From an uncultured Verrucomicrobiaceae bacterium (GTDB lineage Bacteria; Verrucomicrobiota; Verrucomicrobiia; Methylacidiphilales; CAYYVW01), in the NCBI GenBank assembly GCA_964473925.1, contig CAYYVW010000001.1, positions 38,974-102,973 on the forward strand: DNA of 64,000 bases. The letters are read 5' to 3'. Below, one piece after another: positions 58,845 to 64,000 of the stretch. Under the pieces are notes generated by a model. It made no database searches, had not been told where the DNA came from, and saw only the letters and a list, made by a program, of their open reading frames with translations. The translations under genes and the position numbers were made by a program. Every line of letters begins with the position of its first letter. Within the stretch, counting starts at the first letter, position 1.

Positions 58845-59978
58845 TTAATACGTCTCGACCGGCGAACGCTTGCCATCTTCCGGCGAGCGTCGCGCGGCGG
58901 CGTCAGCGCCGACAGTATCAATGCGCAGTTGCCCAATTTGCTTATCCACAGCCTGGAAGCGGTCCCAGTCAAATTCTGTCGGAGGCTTTGGGAGCTTGGC
59001 TCGGAAGGCGGCGATGCTCGCTTTCGCTTCTGCCACTCTTTTTGGAGAAAGAGAGCCGAGGCCACGGGCAGCTTCGAGCGCTTCCGGCAATCTATGACAC
59101 AATAAAAGCAGATCATTGCCTGCCTCAACTGCCTGCCGGACGCTGGTCGAGAAGTCTCCCCGGTTGACGATCGCGCCCATATCCAGGTCGTCACTGATGA
59201 CGCACCCTTGATAGTTCCAAGTCTTGCGTAAGATGCCATCAATCAGCGTCTTGGAAAGGGAGGCGGGCTCTCTCGAAGGATCGAGTTCTGGGTAGGCTGC
59301 ATGGCCGACCATGATGCTATCGAGCTGCGCTAACAGATCACAGTACGGACGCCATTCCGTTGCTTCTAGCTCTTCCCGCGTTCGCCGGACAACCGGAAGC
59401 TCCCAGTGGGGATCAACTTCGCAGGCAGAGTACCCAGGGAAGTGCTTCCCGCAAGATAGAATTCCTTGATTACGAAGCGCTTGTGTAAAAATGCGGGTGT
59501 GCTCGATCACTTCAGCCGGACTCTGGCCCCAGGTTCTTCCCTTAAGGGAATTATCAAGTTTATCGTTAAAATTGATATCCAGGACAGGGCAAAGATCTAG
59601 GTTAAATCCGAAAATGCTCAAAATCTGTCCCGTGAGTGTCCCATGCTGCTGTATTAAGCGAAGATCGCCTTTTTGAGTGAGCTCAGATGCGCTAGGTGGC
59701 TCATTTCCAAGGATTTTCAATCGAGAAACACGGCCGCCTTCTTGATCGATGGCAATAAATGGGAGGTGATGCAGAATTCCCTGAACTTGCGCGATTAAAT
59801 CAAAGAGCTGTTGCGCACGCTCCCGGGTCGGAGCGCTGCCTTCGGGCATGATATTACGGCCAAACAGAATGATTCCCGCAGGTTGGAGTTCTTCCAGAGC
59901 TTGACGGGTCTGAGGATCAAGCGTCGTTCCGGGGATTCCAACAATGCAGTGTTCTCCACCGGGAATTATTGCTGGCAT
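58845..59978 (-). CDS. nagZ: Beta-N-acetylhexosaminidase (GH3)
   Basis: GIILFGRN, IDQEGGRVSR, PVLD, KHFPGYS..E.DPH, ISDDLDMGA. Confidence 0.9.
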   Translation of the reverse strand: MPAIIPGGEHCIVGIPGTTLDPQTRQALEELQPAGIILFGRNIMPEGSAPTRERAQQLFDLIAQVQGILHHLPFIAIDQEGGRVSRLKILGNEPPSASELTQKGDLRLIQQHGTLTGQILSIFGFNLDLCPVLDINFNDKLDNSLKGRTWGQSPAEVIEHTRIFTQALRNQGILSCGKHFPGYSACEVDPHWELPVVRRTREELEATEWRPYCDLLAQLDSIMVGHAAYPELDPSREPASLSKTLIDGILRKTWNYQGCVISDDLDMGAIVNRGDFSTSVRQAVEAGNDLLLLCHRLPEALEAARGLGSLSPKRVAEAKASIAAFRAKLPKPPTEFDWDRFQAVDKQIGQLRIDTVGADAAARRSPEDGKRSPVETY

Positions 59979-60004
59979 GGATGTTAAAAGAATCGTAACT
60001 CGTT

Positions 60005-60964
60005 CTATTCAAAGAAGAAGCGATAGACGAAATAAATTGCCAGCCCCATCGTGAGAATCATTGCCCCCGCCATGATCCCGACGCCAGCCCAGGATTCAAG
60101 AAAGTGGGGCATCGAGAAGGAGTACTTGCGAAAGAAGGAGCGTGATACACGAATTGGGCCTTTGGTAGATAAACTGACCGGTGCTGGATCCAACCCCGAA
60201 TAAATGACCGGCCGGGCTTTGGCGGGCGTTTGGCTGGGAGTTGGGTTAGAAGGAGAAGCGGAGGCCGGGCTCAGCTCTCCAGCATCACTTTCTGAAGACC
60301 GTAGCGACTGTCGGAAGTTGCTGAGAACCGTAGGCAGGGGCTTGGTGTGGGTCCCGATGGCTTGGTCGGTTGGGAGCGCAACGCCGGAGGGAGCAGAGGG
60401 TAGCGAATCAAATTGAGGCACAACTTCTTGATTAGGAACAGCTTGCAATTGGCGAGCCGCGGGAGGAGCAGTGATGCCAACAGGTGCTGAGGCTGAGGCG
60501 CTGCGAACCGGTTCCCGGGTCGCCCGCTGAGCCAAAAGCCGAGTGATCGTGGCGGCAGCTGGAGTTGGGGCTTGAGGATCGGGAGTGACGGGGAGAAGCT
60601 CCGCTTGCTCTGTTATTGAGGAATCTGAACTGGGATTATTTTGCTCGGTCGCTGCAGTTAGGAACGCGCTGACGTGTTCTGGCGTCAGCACAATTTGGTG
60701 CGGGGCAGACAATTCAGCTTCAGCGGAAGTCGGCGTTGGGGAGGAATTTGTCGGTGAAGACGGTTCCGGCCGGGTCCATTGACGAACGATAGTGGCTTGC
60801 ACCGATACGTTCGCTAGGCTTTGAGCGGCGGGTGCTGGGGAGAAAGCCGCGCTGGGCGCAGCAATACCACGATGCGGTTTTGGCGGAAGGACCAAACGCG
60901 AGCGCCAGGCGATTTTCCGGGCTTGTCGGGCATCGGCACGCGGAACGGAGGGGGCTTGCGCCAT
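60005..60964 (-). CDS. Pro/Ala/Ser/Thr-rich low-complexity protein with C-terminal TM helix
   Basis: Long disordered-looking region ending WAGVGIMAGAMILTMGLAIYFVYRFFFE. Confidence 0.65.
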   Translation of the reverse strand: MAQAPSVPRADARQARKIAWRSRLVLPPKPHRGIAAPSAAFSPAPAAQSLANVSVQATIVRQWTRPEPSSPTNSSPTPTSAEAELSAPHQIVLTPEHVSAFLTAATEQNNPSSDSSITEQAELLPVTPDPQAPTPAAATITRLLAQRATREPVRSASASAPVGITAPPAARQLQAVPNQEVVPQFDSLPSAPSGVALPTDQAIGTHTKPLPTVLSNFRQSLRSSESDAGELSPASASPSNPTPSQTPAKARPVIYSGLDPAPVSLSTKGPIRVSRSFFRKYSFSMPHFLESWAGVGIMAGAMILTMGLAIYFVYRFFFE

Positions 60965-61169
60965 AGCTTGCTAAAAAATCAATCGAACGTTGTTACGATA
61001 AAACGATGCTCTCAATTGCTCTAAAAGAACAGGAAAATTCGCTAGCGTTCACTCTGGTCGAGGATGACGTAGAGTGGAGCTTGATGAATGGAAGAGCATC
61101 CGGCAAATTCAAATGCTTGTCCCGAAACTGCGATCAAACATTTCGGGTTCATAGAAGCTTGGATTTTAT

Positions 61170-63569
61170 ATGTTGCGAAAAGTATCTGGCTCGGTACGCG
61201 TCGCGACGAAGTTTTTTTATAGGGCCTCGGTGCTGCTGGCGTTGGCACTTTTGGTGGTAGCGGGCTGGGTGCTGGTTTGGCTCAACACACATGAGCTGCC
61301 CGACGATTGGAAGCGGCTCGTAGTCCGGGAGCTGGAAGCGCGTGGATTTTACGCAGAGGTAGGGCAGCTTGCGCTCGATTGGCGCGGAGCGGTGGTAGCG
61401 CGGAACTTGGTGCTGTATCGGGGTCCTGATCATGTCGAAACGTGGATAAAGGTGAACCGCGCGCGCATCGGGTTCGCGTGGCTTTCGTGGTGGCGAGGCC
61501 AGCCGTTTATCCGAGCTATTTCAATCGCGGGCGCGACGCTGGACTGGCGTCCTTCGACAGGTGCCGAATCTGTCCAACTGGCGGATGTGTATGGGCACGT
61601 CACGCTTGAAAAGCAGATCGTCCGTGTCCGATCGCTTCGTGCGCGCTTGCTGGATTTGGAGCTCACGCTCTCGGGCGTGATTCGGGTCAACGGCTGGGTT
61701 GCAAAAGAAGGACCGACTGCCGAGGAGGCGGTGCGCCGGGAAGAAAATGTGCAGCGACAAGTTCGGATGGCGCTGGAGCAGGTGAGGGCCTTGAAAGTTT
61801 CCACGCCGATTCAATTGCAGCTTGTTTTTGACGGGCAGACGCGGACGCCGGAGTTGGGGCAGATAACGCTTCGTGCTCAGGGCCGTAATTTTTCTTGGCG
61901 GGGGATGCCGGTGGCGGGGTTTGCGTTGGAAGCGCAGAGTGAAAATGGGGATGTGCGCCTCAAGGGGCTGCGCGTTCGGCTGCGTAATGAGGAGCTCGTC
62001 GTGAAGGGAGAAATGGGCTGGAAAGAAAGGCGTGCGCAGCTCGAATTTCAATCCCGCGTTTTGCCGGCGGATTTTGCGCCGCTGGTACCGGCCTCGGTGC
62101 GTTCGGGGCTGAAGCGGTTGCGCTTCTCGCGTTCTGCGCCGCCCCTGGCGTCGGGACGATTGTCGTTGGATTGGACGGAGGTGGGACAGCCGTTGCGCTG
62201 GAATTTGGATGCGGACCTGGATTGGTCTTCATTCGCCTACGGGAGGCAGCGCTTTACGCGGATGCGCGTGCCGATTGCGTTTGATGGGCGGCGATTATTG
62301 ATTCCGGATTTTCAACTCGAGCATCCTTCCGGGAAAATCCAGGCAGATGTTTTTTGGGAGGCGGATAAGTCGTTGGTACGGGCACGACTCAACAGTGATA
62401 TTGATCCGACGGTGTTTATGGGAATGTTCGGCCTGGGTCTCGATCCGTTCTTGAAGAGCTGCAAATTTGAAAAAGGCGGGCCGCATGTGCGGGCCGAGAT
62501 TTCTGCGTCGACGCTCGAGGCCAGTCCGTTTCAAGCGCGGGGCCGATTGGAGGTGGAACGCTTTGTTTACAAAGGCGTCCGGATGGAATCAGCGGCGACA
62601 GATTTTGATTTTTCTTCGGGTAAGTTGCAGCTGCCAAATTTTTTGGTGAAGCGCAAAGAAGGGGAGGCGCATGGTGCGCTCGTCTACGACTTTCCAGGTA
62701 AGCGCGTGACACTGCAGAACGTGGAAGGGAACTTGCATGTGCAGGAAATCGCGCCGGCGCTGGGGCCGAAATTTACCGAGTACGTCCGGCCGTACCCGAT
62801 GGATAAGCCGGCTGCCGTCAAGGTGAGCGGAGTGGTCGATTTGGATGAATCAACGCCGACGTCGATCACTGATCTGGACATCGCTGTGGATGCAAAATCA
62901 ACCCGCTCGACTTTGACGTGGCGGTTTTTGACGGTGCCGTGGAAAGTTCGCTCGGCGGTGGCGAAGATTTTGGTGGTTGGGAAGAAGCTCACGCTGGACT
63001 TGCCCGAAGCGGATTTGCTCGAAGGAAAGCTGGAGGCCAAGGTGAATGTGATGCTCCAAAAGCCGGCCCGCTATTCGGCGACAGCGCAATTTTCAAAAAT
63101 TAATTTTGGCGGATTGATGGAGACCGCATTTCAATCCCAGCAGGCGCGCGGAGTTTTGGATGGAACGGTTGAGGCCTCGGGGGAGGTGGAGGACTTGGCA
63201 TCGGTCAAAGGCGCGGGCCAGGTGATTGTAACCGATGGCTACATCACTTCGATTCCGATTTTCGGCGGGCTATCGAAATTTGTCGGAGCAATCATTCCCG
63301 ATTTCGGTTTTGCGAAGGCAGACAAGGCCATTTCTAATTTTGCGTTGGCGGACGGGCGCGTGCGGATGGACAGTTTGGAAATTTCCAGCGCGACGTTCGT
63401 GCTGATCGGTCATGGCGATTACGATTACATCAAGGACGACTTGGACTTGAAGATGCGCGTTAATGCGCGTGGACTGCCCGGGATTTTCCTCTACGGGATG
63501 AGCAAGCTGTTCGAGTACCGCGGCCAGGGGTCTATTCGCGAGCCGCGCTGGGAGCCGCGGAATTTTTGA
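61170..63569 (+). CDS. AsmA-like / YhdP-like envelope protein
   Basis: N-terminal TM, repeated beta-rich segments, C-terminal G.G...I.DG...IPIF...F.LADG...IGHGDYDY..DDLD. Confidence 0.8.
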   Translation: MLRKVSGSVRVATKFFYRASVLLALALLVVAGWVLVWLNTHELPDDWKRLVVRELEARGFYAEVGQLALDWRGAVVARNLVLYRGPDHVETWIKVNRARIGFAWLSWWRGQPFIRAISIAGATLDWRPSTGAESVQLADVYGHVTLEKQIVRVRSLRARLLDLELTLSGVIRVNGWVAKEGPTAEEAVRREENVQRQVRMALEQVRALKVSTPIQLQLVFDGQTRTPELGQITLRAQGRNFSWRGMPVAGFALEAQSENGDVRLKGLRVRLRNEELVVKGEMGWKERRAQLEFQSRVLPADFAPLVPASVRSGLKRLRFSRSAPPLASGRLSLDWTEVGQPLRWNLDADLDWSSFAYGRQRFTRMRVPIAFDGRRLLIPDFQLEHPSGKIQADVFWEADKSLVRARLNSDIDPTVFMGMFGLGLDPFLKSCKFEKGGPHVRAEISASTLEASPFQARGRLEVERFVYKGVRMESAATDFDFSSGKLQLPNFLVKRKEGEAHGALVYDFPGKRVTLQNVEGNLHVQEIAPALGPKFTEYVRPYPMDKPAAVKVSGVVDLDESTPTSITDLDIAVDAKSTRSTLTWRFLTVPWKVRSAVAKILVVGKKLTLDLPEADLLEGKLEAKVNVMLQKPARYSATAQFSKINFGGLMETAFQSQQARGVLDGTVEASGEVEDLASVKGAGQVIVTDGYITSIPIFGGLSKFVGAIIPDFGFAKADKAISNFALADGRVRMDSLEISSATFVLIGHGDYDYIKDDLDLKMRVNARGLPGIFLYGMSKLFEYRGQGSIREPRWEPRNF

Positions 63570-63590
63570 GCGGCGTTTTCTGTTGCGCAA

Positions 63591-64000
63591 TTACTCGGCC
63601 GTCATCGCGCGGCTAAGCAAATCGCGGACGCTTTGCTGCAGCGGTTTGGCCTCGTGCAGAACGCCATAGACTTGCGCGATGATCGGCTTGGCTTGATTGG
63701 GAATTGCGGTGCTCAAATACGCGGACTGCGTCGTAGGAACGCCTTCCACAACTCCACCGAGCGTCCTGAGCGCTTCATCGACTGAAATGCCTTGGGCCAG
63801 GAGGCGGCCCATGCGGTGATTGCGGCTCTGCGAGCTTGTGGCGGTGAGAATCAGATCGCCCATGCCGCTGAGCCCCGCGAATGTCTCAGGACGGCCGCCC
63901 GCATGGACGCCGATGCGCGCCATCTCGGCAACGCAGCGGGTGAGCAGGCCCGCCATCGCATTTTCACCAAACTGCATCTGCGCGCATGCGCCGCCTGCAA
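63591..64000 (-). CDS. gpsA: NAD(P)H-dependent glycerol-3-phosphate dehydrogenase (C-terminal part)
   Basis: GENA.AGLLTR..AEM, TFAGLSGMGDLILTATSSQSRN...G, VVEGVPT; runs off the window end. Confidence 0.93.
   Translation of the reverse strand, partial: AGGACAQMQFGENAMAGLLTRCVAEMARIGVHAGGRPETFAGLSGMGDLILTATSSQSRNHRMGRLLAQGISVDEALRTLGGVVEGVPTTQSAYLSTAIPNQAKPIIAQVYGVLHEAKPLQQSVRDLLSRAMTAE

Overview
Bacterial chromosomal window, gene-dense and moderately GC-rich; several protein families (integrase type, PocR-AraC regulator, CxxC/Pro-tail leader ORF) suggest Verrucomicrobia (inference). Left: mdh (partial), J-domain protein, tRNA-Arg(CCT), exported MsrB-MsrA fusion, two orphans, lgt, AI-2E transporter, and a minus-strand accessory operon (PhzF, DUF2000, variant AdoMetDC-like protein, TMEM175, orphan). 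A tyrosine-integrase island of about 15.3 kb sits on the 5' side of tRNA-Ser(GCT), bounded by a 36/40-nt duplication of the tRNA 5' half; it carries a pyruvate/stress module and a persulfide-detoxification module. Directly beyond its far end is a remnant of a related integrase, followed by a czcCBA-like efflux operon, a leader-ORF/TonB receptor/aminotransferase/SDR unit, a full heme-uptake operon and a two-SBP ABC transporter. Right: mostly core genes (LOG, nnr, glcD-like, ispD, mlaD-like, APC permease, M16 peptidase, rbfA-infB-nusA, nagZ, AsmA-like, gpsA partial). Most unusual: IspD fused to a stand-alone histidine-kinase dimerisation/phosphoacceptor (DHp)-like domain; tandem integration at the 5' half of tRNA-Ser; two metal-transport operons each headed by a Cys-containing, Pro-Pro-tailed leader ORF with downstream hairpins; a shortened CzcB. 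No CRISPR array or rRNA seen. All family assignments come from motif recognition by eye, not database searches; start codons were often re-chosen relative to the ORF track.
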